Source of the DNA: Lytechinus pictus
Taxonomy: Eukaryota
Length of the DNA stretch: 64,000 nt
Reading direction: 5' to 3'
Assembly: GCF_037042905.1 (NCBI RefSeq)
Contig: NC_087245.1
Coordinates: 4,216,001-4,280,000, forward strand
The translations under genes were made by a program, and so were the position numbers. How positions within the stretch are numbered: position 1 is the first letter of the stretch; every line of letters starts with the position of its first letter. Under the pieces are notes generated by a model, which was given only the letters and a program-made list of their open reading frames with translations, was not told the origin of the DNA and made no database searches. This document shows, piece by piece, positions 25,161 through 38,500 of the stretch.

Positions 25161-26962
25161 ATAATATCAACCTATACCTCCATCTACCCCCTCTCTCTTC
25201 ACTCTTTATCCCCTCTCTTTTTAATAAGTGCTTTTTTTCGTTTTTAAGCTTTTCTCTCGTTTAACATTTTCTTTCTCCCCTTCTCTCTCCCCCTCCCTCT
25301 CCTTATATACATTCTCCTCCTCCTCTCCATCGCTTTTCACTATTAAACTTTGTTCTCTCCTACAAAATCTTTTTTTTCTTCATTTGTATGACATGAAATA
25401 GAAGTTCAAAAAACAATATTTAGTATTAATTTGGAATATTACAGTTAAGTAACATAAAATTGAAGACAATTGAGAAAATCATTATAAATAAACGAATAAG
25501 GCAAAATATATATTTCTATTATTTAAAATTTAATTTATCAATAAAGACACAAATATTTTTAAGGCATGTTTTATTGTTTTTACTACATTCCCAACAATAA
25601 CGACATAACAATTTCGAAATGTGCAACAACGAAATTGAAAGTAGTATAGCAAACGATCTAAAACAAATTCTTACTCGGACTGGACGTTACCATGATAATG
25701 GGAATGAATGAAAGGGTAATCTTTTTACCCCTACTCCCCCCTCTTTATGAAATTGGCATGGAGGAAGAGTGGATAAAGAACAGATTTATGGAATACCGAC
25801 TTTAATCATTTTCTTGATCTACACCTGGTATGAAAAGACTATCGACTCGGTATATGCCTACGGGAAGTTCACATTTTTATGAACGAATTAGGATCGTGTA
25901 TGAAAAATACTCTATCTTACCCCAATCACAAACACGTTTTGATGATTTTCTAGGATCTTTTACGAATCTGAAGTGAAAACCCCAAGGGTCGCCCTTCGTG
26001 AAACAGCACATGGGGTCGTCGATTGATTTTTGTAAAACGCTGTGAATATTATCATCGTAAAATATGTCTCGGGTTAGTTTTGGATGCAAATTTTATTATG
26101 TAGTTTCTGAAATACCCGGGACTGATTGGCCGCGGTTGCAAATGAATTAAAGCCCCTGTCCCCCCTTTTCATGATGGGGACTAAAAGTTTCCATATATTT
26201 TTGGTATATGACCTTTGCTTTAAGCAACAAATAGTTTGACAATAATCTATCACAGACGTTCTTTGTAGTGTTATAAATACATAGCACATATTTTCTTTAG
26301 AGCTATTTCAACACCTAAGTATGCATTTAACGGCCACTCCAACTCCTAGGCCTATGTCGTTTCATTCTATATTTCATTTTATGTTTTAGTTATTCCAATA
26401 ACTGGTCCTTACAATATCAACTTTCTCTGGGATAATCAGTCTATATTCACCACTGACACATAAGCAAACCTTTGTATAAAAATATATACGATGATTGTTA
26501 TTTGGAACATTATTGTAGTCTATTTCATGACAGGCAATTCAGTATAAAATTTGATTATAAAATATGATTAAAATGAAAGTTGACAAAATAGAAAAATGGA
26601 ATTGCGATAACTCTAAAGAAATAGATAATTAATAAAATAGCTATGAATTTCAAACAACAAACGACGACTTAAATCTATACCTAAATCCCAATTTGGCAAA
26701 TCGTTTAGCATGCAGGGCAAAACATTTATATGATTAATGATAATCAATTCTTTGTTTCCTCAGAGTATCTTTCAAGATAAATCACACATAGCATATTGTG
26801 TAGACGAAAACAATAGTTAAAATTACCAAAGGTTAGTCTGTATCTTGTAGTTAACATGAAAAGTCGTATTGTCCTGAAATAATACCATGGATTGAGCATT
26901 TCATGAAGAGACGTAAGAGTTGAGAAAACAATGAGAAGACGCAGCAAAAGGATTGATTAGCC

Positions 26963-28399
26963 CAGTGTCGTACCGTGGGTCGAGGCATTGGGGGGCACCA
27001 GCAAAAATTTTGAGTCACTTTTTGTGCGAGCGCGAAGCGCGCTTAAATGCCAGGTATACTAACATAATAGAGACATTTTAAGGACTGTGCCATTAAACGG
27101 ATATGTATCTCACTCATCAAACAACGCGAGTGCGAACACCGAGCTGATTTTTTTTATATTCAGACTTAAAAAAGGGACATTATAAGCAACTTTTTGTAAT
27201 CATGATATGTACCTGTCTCACTATACAAACATTGCGAGCGCGAAGCGCGAGCTGAAATTTTTTCTATATATTGACCCCAAACGGACATTTATGGACTCTT
27301 TTAGGAATTCCCGAAGAGCACACATTTCTCAACATACATGACATAGTCATCTAACATGTCTAACGCGAGCACCAACACTATAAAAATATTGGGTAAAAAT
27401 GTTCCATGAGGGTAATTATGTGTCCAACCAACATTGGGCATTTCTTTTTGGCATTTTTATTGATCCAGTGTGATGAAAATTTTGTTCATTCTTAAGTAAT
27501 TGCTGCTTATTTTTTAACCTTACTGGACAATATGCTTCACGCATTGGGTAAAATACGTACTGCCCAAAATTGGTTGGACACATAATTACCCTAGTCATGC
27601 TAGTGTTGGTTGAAATTTAACCCAATATCTTTTACAGTGAAGCACTTGCTGATTTTGATAATGATTTCAATAAAAATCCACCTAAACACATAAAGCACTT
27701 TTTGTAGTCATATTAATCATGAACATGATACGTATCTCGTAAAATAATGCGAGCGCAAAGCGCGAGCTGAAAATTTTTGAAATTCAGACCTGAAGAGGGG
27801 CATTCGAAGGCTTGTTTGTGGGAATTCACTAAGACCAAGTATTTCACAAACTAAATGATGCGAGCGCGAAGTGCGAGATGAAAAGTTTTAATATTCAGAC
27901 CAGAAAAAATTGACATTTTGACTGTTTTTAGGAAATCATGAAGAGCAGACATATCTCACCAATCCACTGATGCGAACGTAAGCACGGACTGGCCGGGGCC
28001 ATTCACTTTAAGTAGGCCTAGTCATGAAAAAGAAGCATATGTCACTAAATAAAGCAATGATAACTCGAAGTGTGAGGAAATTTTTGGTGTATACTGACTT
28101 GAAAACGGGATGTTTTAGATTAACAGGATTGTTTTTATCTTCAACTGACAATGCGAGCACCAGGAATGATGAACACATAGGCCATATGGCCTACGCAAAT
28201 TATGTTTCATATAAAGTTATGAAAAAATATTTCTTATGTAATATGATATAACATAATATATACAATAATTTCTTCTTCCTCCACTATACGTTTCTCCTTC
28301 TTTCTCCCTCTTTTTCTCCTTTTCCCCCGTTTTTTTTTTTTTTTTTTTTTTTGGGGGGGGGGGCACGTGCCCCCCATGCCCGCCGTAGTTACGCCACTA
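26963..28399. mobile_element. ~1.4-kb non-autonomous hAT-like element with GCGAGCGCGAAGCGCGAGC subrepeats
   Basis: Ends CAGTGTCGTA / TACGCCACTA. The internal motif recurs about every 60-120 bp. No clear TSD. Confidence 0.65.
27376..27639. mobile_element. CACT-terminated MITE (EnSpm/CACTA-like) nested in the 26963 element
   Basis: CACTATAAAAATATTGGG ... CCCAATATCTTTTACAGTG with a 2-bp AA TSD. Second copy at 36878-37131. Confidence 0.85.
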
Positions 28400-28537
28400 T
28401 TGTTTTTATGAATTTAATAATTTCAATATCATTATTATTAATATTATTAATATTCTCATATTGTGAAAGGTACATTATTCAATGAAGAGTAAAACTTTGC
28501 AAGGCTTCTACTCCACTAGCGCAGAATTTGAAATGGT

Positions 28538-29507
28538 TTATGACTTCTTCTGCACAGTGGCGTAGCGAGGAAAGGGTTTGTTCTTTTCAAAGGAAGAAGT
28601 AGCAACATATGTAGAAGGATTCTTTGATGCGAAGTCCCCATCGATATCAACATCGATGTATTCATGACTCGTTGATGTCGGGTCATCTGAGCGAACTACA
28701 AGTCGCTGACCACTACGATCTGAGGTCGTAAGCTCTGAAGCATCGTCGTCGATGCCGTGTACAGAGTCGTATCCAGTGAATTTGGTACGTGACGGAGTGG
28801 GTGCTGACTGAGGTTCGATGTCATGATACCTTGGTCCGTCCGTAACAATGTTCCCTGAAAATAGAGGATCTGCTCCTTCGTAATCGACAGGAGTAAATCC
28901 TGGTTTGATTTCATAGTATTTTCTTGAAGCAAAATCAGGTTGTCTTGTTTGGTTATCAGCAGGTTTGTAGAGTATGTTATCAATCATTTTTCCTTCTTGA
29001 TGAAAGCCTCGAGATGTTTCTCCGTCTGGGTATGCATACTCGGAATCATTCGGTGGAAGATCGTTGCCGTTCGGTGATTGCCGAAAGTTATCCGATGCAT
29101 GAATTTGTGTGTTTCCCGCGTTTTCGACTGGTTTGTAAAGAACATTGTCTATGAGTCCATAGCGAGGTGTGTCATTTGGTGAAGTCTGATTGTGTTTCTG
29201 TAGATTCGGATCTCTTCGGATATTATCGGCCGGTTTGTACAAAATATTGTCAATCAGTCCGTACTGAGATGGATTTTGCGATGAGCCCTTATCAGGTTGT
29301 TCATTCGTATCTCTTCGGACATCATCGGCTGGCTTGTACAGGACATTGTCTATGAGACCATCAGTACCTATAATTGTGTCTGGTGCAAGTGTATTTGGTT
29401 TAACTTCATAGTAACTTGGCCCATCGTTGTTGGGAATTTTGTGCATACTATAACTCTTGTTGTTGAACTCCGATTCTCGACGCGTCGGTTCTGGTTTCAT
29501 ATCAGAT
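28538..29507 (-). CDS. Receptor C terminal exon, cytoplasmic tail with four IDN(V/I)LYKP repeats
   Basis: ORF 28538..29542 with acceptor at 29508-29509. Ends RYATVQKKS. Confidence 0.9.
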
Positions 29508-32500
29508 CTACAGAAAATGAAAATCAGATAGGGACAAATCATTCTTTTTTTCAGATGATAGTCTTATTTAAATTACTTTCAAGGGATAAAAGACATGAAT
29601 AAATGATGTAGACCTGAATGGAAAATTAATACAAGCATTTGAAATTTGTGTAAAAATTATTCAGCAGGCAATGTAAACTAATTCATTTTGATATTTCCAG
29701 GAATAATACACTTTTTTTTTGGGGGGGCGAGGTGTTACAATACTTACTCTGTCTTTCTCATTCTGTTGAAGTAGAAGAATATGGATGTAGCAAGAACCGC
29801 TATAATCACCACACTGATAACAGACACAGTTATTGGAACTAGAATTAACAAGGGAAAAGAAACAAGTTATGGATACGCCTCAACCTTTCAAGATATGTTT
29901 ATTACTTTTTATTATTTTCATTTATTCGTGTTTTTCATACTGCATGACCATACTTCACAGTAAAGGCAACACTGTTTTGAACATGATTGTTTCTTCATCA
30001 ATCTAATAAGTTATTATATTGATATTTTGTTTTGATATCCTAGAACCAAATTTTCCATACTGATTAATTGGTTGGCTCATTGACTGGCAGGGAAGTGTAA
30101 TTATATCAAAAAGTTTCTATTAAGGTGTCATCTGTTACTGTAATAAATGACATTGATGCCTTCAATCGTATTCAATTAATAAAGATCAGTTTTTTCCATC
30201 AATAATTTTTATTTCCTAGTAAAACTCAATAATGAATAGCTATGTACTGTTAGCAAACCAACCATAATCAGGAGTCCGACTTAATATCACCTAATATCGT
30301 TCAACTTCTTTTCGAAAATTTGGGCAATCATCCAAAAATAAATAAGTAATCAATTTGGGTTTCCTTAGAAATTCCACAGTTTTATCCCCTCCCATACGTG
30401 ACAGTTTTTGGTGTAGATCAAATATTACACAATCATTCTCTTACCAGCTAAAGATTTGGAGTCCGATCTGGCTCCCATCCCCATACCGCTTACCGTTGAC
30501 ATGGTTGGTGAAATATCTATGTAATGGAAAAAAAGAGTTCTATTTATAATTTTTATTACAAAACAAACTAAAGTCGATTTTGGGAAGAGGGTTTTCATCG
30601 GCCGTACATGTCGATATTTAGATCGTGTTAACAAAGTTACCAGATTAGTTGACAATAGTTATAAAAGCACAACGGATATTAACATAATGCTGGTATTAAT
30701 GAAACAGGGAAGAGTAGTTTAAGAATTATTATTCATGAGAAGAAACGCAGGCCTTACATTTTGACATTTTTATGGCAATTTTTTTCTTTCTGTTGGGCGT
30801 TTTCACAGCATAAATACCAATGAGAGTGGCAGTGATGCCAATCAGAAGGGCATGGCACTGAATTCAAGCCTTGGGAATCCCATTCTCGATCAAAAGATAA
30901 AGGTTTATGCTTATATATTCATTTGATTAGATTGATTATTGATAATCACTGTCATCCTAATGAACCACGTCATCCTATTTTGATTTGTTACTAATCACAT
31001 ATTGTTTTACCTGTCATTATTTCACCTCCTGTACCTGTTGGTGTGAGTGTTGTACCCATTCCTATAGGCCGAGTTATTGGAGAAATGGTAACTATTGGTC
31101 CTACTGTGGAACCATCTGATGATAGATAAGAAATATTTTTCTGTTTTTATGCTCAGGCGCAGATCGGGGGAAATGGGGAACGTGCCCCTTTATTGAGGAT
31201 TCCTTGTTACGTTTTTTTTATATAACTAAAAAAAATTGCTTCCTGCTTGTGGTGATATGTTTTTTTCAATTGTATTTTTGTTCTGTATCCACCCCTGATC
31301 ATGCTTGAATGAAAACGATGTATCTGTTCCTTTTAAATATTCATCTAATTGGATTTAACCCTACATACTCGATTTCCATTCTACTTATACATTTACATCA
31401 CCCTTTTGTCATAATTTTATATCCCAACTCTAAAAGAAAATTTTATATACTTTACGCCTTATTACTTTGCTCTTCTTCTTTAAAAAAAAATCTGTATGAT
31501 CTTGATCCTTGTCTGAGCTAGTCATGTATCATGAAACATAAATCACATTTCTTCCAGTTTATTTTCAATAACATTTTTCAAAACTATTCGTTGCAAACAG
31601 GCACATCGTAAGCCTAAGGCTTAAGCAAAAAAAAAGAGAAAGACATGGGTTTCGTTCATGCGCCATATTCAAGATTTTAAGATAAACCTCATGCATGAAA
31701 ATTTCGTTAATTGAAAATTTTCAAAAGAAAAGGATGAATTTACTTCATACCTACACATGTCGGAATGGTACCATTCCATTGAAATACATCAGGTCCGCCA
31801 ACACATTGCAAGACAGCATCGCCCATCAGCTGTTTGCCACCACTACAATTCGCCCTCACTATGTCACCAAATCGGTACCTTCCATATACGTTCAGATTGA
31901 CGCCAGAGATCTCGGGGCAGAATCCTACATATACTGAGGAAATGAATATAATATATTTTTTTAAATAAATGAATAAACGCATTGACCGTACATTTACCAA
32001 ATTGTTATGCTCTGTAACGAAACACACGTGATGGCTACTAAAGGTTTATGACACGGGTTCAATGCGCTCGATCTTTAGAAATTCCACTATCAATAATTGT
32101 GATATCAATTTCAATTCAATTCAAATTCAATTTATTCTTGATAATAATAAAAACGTCATCAAATTGTACATTCGTATATATAGAAATATCATTACAAGAA
32201 AAGGAGGGCAACAAAAAGTTTACACTTGAAAATAAGAAGCCTCCAAAGAAATGACCATTCAAAAGAATGCACGCTTTATCATTTTTCAGAGATTCATTGC
32301 AATTTATTTTAAGAATAGGGGCAAATAATTTGGTAACACCTGGTCCTGTCATACATTATGAATGTATACCAACGATGAAGAAATAAGTTCGATAAACATG
32401 TTTGTATAAATTCTATACACGCAACTTAAAAACCTCCGGTCCTCTATCAAATTGAAATCAATAATAAAATATAAATCAAATCATGGTACATGTATATAGA

Positions 32501-35500
32501 GACATAACGTGGTTCTTACCATTAAAAACTGTAAACACATCTCGTCCCCTACCACATAGCTGTCTATCATTACCAGTGCATGGCCTGTTGCAACCCTCAT
32601 CTGCATCATTTAAAACGGAAGAGTCATTGAAGCAGAAACACATTTCGTCTCTCTGTGCAGCAAAGAGAGTTCCATCTCCCTGACATAGCAGCAGACATTC
32701 TTCGTTGGTTCTTTTTCCATTTTCTTCTATTATTTTGACACTATTCCGTTCGGGACCGGGAATTCGAAAACATTTGGGTTCTGTATATAAGATAAAAAAA
32801 TTAAAATGTCACCTAATCTTCAAAAGTTATATAATTCAACACTGTCCCTCAAAATGCAAATTAGTTGTTCCACATGGAAATATAAAAAAAATCATAGAAA
32901 TAATAACACAGACATAATAACTTATTCAGAAGTACTATGAATTTAGATTGAGTGATTTACTGCTATGAATACTTCATGTTGAAAGTTTGTCGATTTAGAT
33001 TTTTCGAACATAGTTTTTCAAATCATTCATACTCTCAAAATATGCCTGACCACTTGGTAAAGATTGTGATCATCATTATTTCCAAATATGTGTTAAAATG
33101 TTACAGAATTTGATTACTCTAATTTCAAAGCCATTATAGAAATATTATTTCGTCATCAAATTACTACAGAGAAAAAAATGCTTGATATTCGCTTATCTAT
33201 ATAACTTATTGAATCCAAAAACCATAGGTATCTGAGCGAGTGCGGCACTATACAGGAATAATGCTTATTTCACCTTTGTTGTCGCATTTGTTTGACTGTT
33301 CCATTAGAAATATACTTCGCTACCTGGGGCGGATCCAGGATTTTTCGAAAGGGGGACACATTTTCCCGAGAAAAAAAATTGACAAGCAAAAAAAAAAAAA
33401 AGAAAGGGGGTTTAACCCAAAATTTAGGGTGTTTCGTCCATGAAAAATTTTGACAAGCCCTCCCCCCCAAAAAAGGTCTTCACTTTCAAAAGGGGGGCAC
33501 ACTTCTGTTTAAACGACATTTTTACATTACAGATTTTTATTGTGCCTCTCAAAAGGGGGGAGGCGGGCCGGCTGTGCCCCCCTCCCATGGATCCGCCAGT
33601 GTTCGTTACTAACCATAATTTCCAACATAACATTGTTACATTGCTTGCCTAATCTGATTAATTACTTAACCATCTTGCATAAAAATGTTTCCGAATCATA
33701 ATACGAGTGGGGTGAAGCAATCGAAAAATAAGCGTTATTATTGAGGAAATTATATATACTTTCTGAGGGGTAGTCCTAAGAAGAAAAGGAGTTTTATCAA
33801 TATTTACCCAGGGGCGGATCCAGCTTTCGCCAAAAGGGGGGGGGGGTCGAATTATTTTCACCTATATTTCCCCCGGTCGGCCACTCAAAGTTGATGTCCT
33901 GAAAAATTGAATATTCTGGGCAACGTTTGAGATCCTGAACAAGATCATAAAGATGCGTATGTGGTTATATACTTACTGCGAATGCAAGCAGAAATTTTTA
34001 ATATACGTTCTGGTCTGATCGAAAAGGGACCTGTTAAGGTCTACCGTGAAGACGATGCATATTTCAACAATCAAATAATGCGAGCGCGAAGCGCGAGCTG
34101 AAAAGTTTTGACAATACAACCTAAAAATTGGACGTTCTAAGCACTTTTTACAATCATGAAAAGGATAGGTACGTAACTAAACAATGCGAGGGCGAAGCGC
34201 GAGTAGAAAAAAAGAAAGTTAGACCTAAAAGCGGGACACTCTATTCATGTTTTGTAAATCATGAAAAGAATGGGTAATTGGGAACCTTCCTAACATTAAT
34301 AATGCGAGCGTGAAGCGCAAGCAGAAATTTTTTGATATTCTGATCTGAAACGGGATAATCTAAGAATGCTTTGATAAAGAACATGCTTGCGCGTGTTTTA
34401 GATTTAGACATAGAGGGCCGGATTCTGAAGTCAGGTTTAAAGGTATTGTTTAACTTTGTGAGGAGCCGATTAAAAAAATTCTCAAACCAAGATGAAACAT
34501 GTGTACAAGTGCATGTATTAGAACTAATAAACCCTGAAAACAACTATTATTGAGAATGAAAAGCTAAAACTACAAGGCAAACCCCGATTTTGTAAATAGG
34601 CGTCTTATAGACGCCTAAATAGTACACATAAGTGTATGGGATGAAATTAAGATGGTGTTTTCGGTCACTTTATATTTCAATTTTTGAAGCACTAAATAAT
34701 TATTTTCGAACGCAATTTTTTCTGGGCTTCTTTTTTGTAACATATCACAGACACAGGTGACAAGTGTGACCTTCTAGCTCAGATTTTTTTAAAGTCAAAC
34801 CAATGTTAACCAATCACTTTAACTTAGACCATGGTCTAACTCTGTGCTAAAGTTATGGGGAGCCAAAAATTCAAAAATTGTGTGCTATTGTATATTTCTT
34901 ATGTTAAATATTTTGCTTTCATAATGAAGAAAAATACATCAAAATACTTAAGTCATCATTCCCAGACAAATATGAACAATTTGGGTGTCATATGAGTTAA
35001 TAAATTTGATGTGTTCTGTTACTAAGGATTCGTGCCCCATTTGGCTCTTAACATGCTGAAGCACTAATTCAAGCACTGTTTGTGAAAATTGTGAAGTGGA
35101 TATGGATCGAACTTAATAAATGATGCGAGCGCAAAGCGTGAACTGATATTTTCTTTATTATTATTTTGACCTAGGGCTGGGAGTCTGGGACTGTCATATG
35201 AAACATGATGAATATCTTCCTATTCTTCTTCCCATAAGCGCGACATAAAACTTGCCGATATTCCCTTCTGAAAAAAGGGACAATTTAATTATTAGGAATT
35301 CATTAAAATGTTATTATCTTGTTTATTGATATAATACATTATGAGAGCCCGAAAACTGATGATATTGAGTCCTGGAAACTAGACATTTTAAGCACTTTTG
35401 TAATAAATAGGACGCATGGGTTAATATCGCGATCCGAAATTTTTGATAAACTGTCATGAAAAGGGAATTTTAAGTAGTTTCTTATAAATTTATATACTAC

Positions 35501-38500
35501 TCACCAATGAAAATTCGAGTGCGCAGCGTTAGCTGAAAGGTTTTGATAATCAACCATGAAAAGGGATATTTTGAGAACTATTATGGAATACACGAACATA
35601 GCAGGTAATTGACAAATCAATAATGCGAGCGCGCAGCGCGAGCTGTAAATGTTGATATATCAATAACACGGACATTTTACAGAGCACTTTTTGAAAATCA
35701 ATTTGTAAATCAAATAAACTAATGAAAGCTCGATGTCCGAGCTGAAATATGTTTTGTATATTGACTTCAAAACTTAATATAAGCTTCATATTAGCCTATT
35801 TATTGAGCAAGATAATCTCATCGAACATGCAATGCGAAAATTTTATATAGTGACACGATATTTTTTATTGTCCAAGTCTTCCCCTCGCCTTACTCCTCTT
35901 TTTTCCCTCTTCTTACTTTTCCTTTTTTTTCTTCCTTTCCCCTTTTTCATTTTTTGACTAAGCCATTAGGGGGCCCCCCTGGATCCCCCTATGTTTACCA
36001 TCATCCGGGCCATCATCTTACTTTTCTTACTTACTATTACATGTAACACCTGCGGTCTGTACGTTCACCTGGCTGCAGTCAGCAACAGATTCTCCGCTTT
36101 CGTCATCACTGTCTCCCTCATATACACAAACCAGTGTAACTGTACACAACAACCACAATAAAAAGTGAATGTAAGTTGTTTTTTTCCAAATGTAAATAGA
36201 GTACCGAAGTATGACGTCATATGATTTTTAATTTTTTGCATATCCGCATTTCTTTATACCACATTTCGGTGGAGCAATACACCCAAAATCAAAATTGGGT
36301 GGGAATCGGTCAATGGGGGCCCAATTAAGATATGACCTCATGAATATAAAATAGCCCAATTGAAATAATTGTTTATTGGCCTGAGTCTAAATTTGTGAAC
36401 TATGTCGGCCAATATACATTGATTTCAATATTATTAACCATCTAGGTGGATGAAGAGTCTCCACTTCACCCCCCCCCCCTCCATCTGTTCTACAATTCAT
36501 GATAGGCCGGCCGTTTTAGGTCACAATAGCCAAGTAGTCATGATCTTCTCCGATTAAATGTTTTCTCAAAATAATCAGCATAATTACCATTGTTTGGGAT
36601 ATCTTCAATTCCGAAAACTTTCGAGTGTTGCCCCCTGCCAAATCTCGAATGACCAGGGGCAAAAATAGCATTGGGAAAGCCTACAATCTGACAAACCCGA
36701 TCTGCTGTGTCAATTGTCCAGCCAATGTCCGATAAGACTCCATATTCATCCTCCTCATCAATATTGACCTTGACTTCAATACGTCCTTCATGAGTAGAGC
36801 TCCCATCCACAAGGGCAACTGATAGTAGAAGAAAATAGATAAATGACCTTAACATCACACAAAAATTTAACTACGTACACTCTAAAAATATTGGGTGCTC
36901 CATGAGGGTACTTTATGTGTCCAACCAACATTGGGTTGGACATCTTTTGGGCATTTTTATTTATCCAGTGTGATGAAAATTTTGCCCATATTGCTGCATA
37001 TTTTCTAACCTTACTGGACAACATGCTTCCCGCATTGGATAAAATACTGACCAAATTGGTTGGACACATAATTACCCTCGTGGTGGTAAAAAATTTACCC
37101 AATCAATATTTGCAAGATTTTTTTTACAGTGTATACATTTAGCCCAGCTATGCAATAGTTAGGTCCATAGCACAACCTCTATCCGCTGCTGGAGGTCACA
37201 TTGAACAGTTGAAGGAGGGCGACACTGCATGGGACACTGCATTATGTGCGGAAACCACAAAATGTCATCTCCGGGAAGTGTAGTGGGCAAATAAGTTTTG
37301 TGATGACCATATACATAGGGATTTGTCAGAATGTATGTGGTAGAGTGTCAGATCGAACGTCGGATTGCACGCTTTAAAAACAATTTAGTAAAGGGCTAGC
37401 AGGGTGCAATTGTTATCTCAGTATGTTTCACTATTATTCTAGTCATGTTTGTACTATAATACAATCTTTCGATCCTGACGAGAATAGCGCGCGCCCATCC
37501 ATCTTGTTAGGTGTTCAAGACGCTCCTATTACACCAGCTTTAATTATGTTGCTCACAGCTATTTGATGAATTATCAACCCTTTACACATCATTCACCTCA
37601 CCTGGGTTGAGTGCAGCACATTGTGGATCAATATACATGTAGTAAAATGTATGAATCTAGAAGTTGCACCCAGCTTACTACTGATCGAGTCAACTTGATT
37701 GATTTGTTTTTAGAGAGTTTGTTTTTACCGGCAGTTTCGTATTCATGATCATCACATTTTAGTAAATCTTTGGTCACGTTGGTAGGCTATATTCAGCAAT
37801 GATGTTCTTATATAATTCTGTGTATCTGAAACATTTTCAATATCGAATTTTTTTCTCAATATATATATATACATATATATATATATCACAGAACTAAAAA
37901 AGGTTTATAGGTCATACATAAAAACTAAGAATACACTCAAAAGGGATGTGAAACAATAAACCTCTTCACAATATTGTTACCAATTTACGTTTGACTAATG
38001 GCCACGTTTTTTTTTAAATAATAATAATAGTTGGATTTATAAAGCGCTTTTTGCCAGAGGATACAAAGCGCTGCTATTATTACCCCGGCTTTAGCTCGAG
38101 CTACCATCACCGGCGCTCAGTGCATGCAAGGAATTACTCCTGCCGGGTATATCTCATACAGGGATATCTCATACAGGGAACTCATATCAGTATCTTTTAT
38201 TCATGCACCAATCTACAGCACTGCTTTACAAGGAAATACATCAGAGTAAATGAATTACGTAATAAGAGAGACAACGAGGAAGAACTTCAATTTCATCGTG
38301 CATTTGCGTCAACTCGGTGCAGAACCCCCACCCCCCGAAATTATTTCGACCCTGTTAAAAAAGAAAATGACTTGAAAAGGTGAATTAGCAGTTTGAATTA
38401 TTTGTTTTGTGCAGTATTCCACTACTAAATCTCTGACTAAAATGAAAAAGGTTCATTTATACTTACAACCTGAAATATAGTATCCGTCTGAAGAAAGCCA

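Noticed and set aside
36538-36858. Apparent signal peptide MMLRSFIYFLLLSVA directly before the SRCR domain
   Set aside because: It is the translated polypyrimidine tract of the intron. The acceptor at 36819-36820 and the 82-nt MKS exon at 38467-38548 match paralog B.
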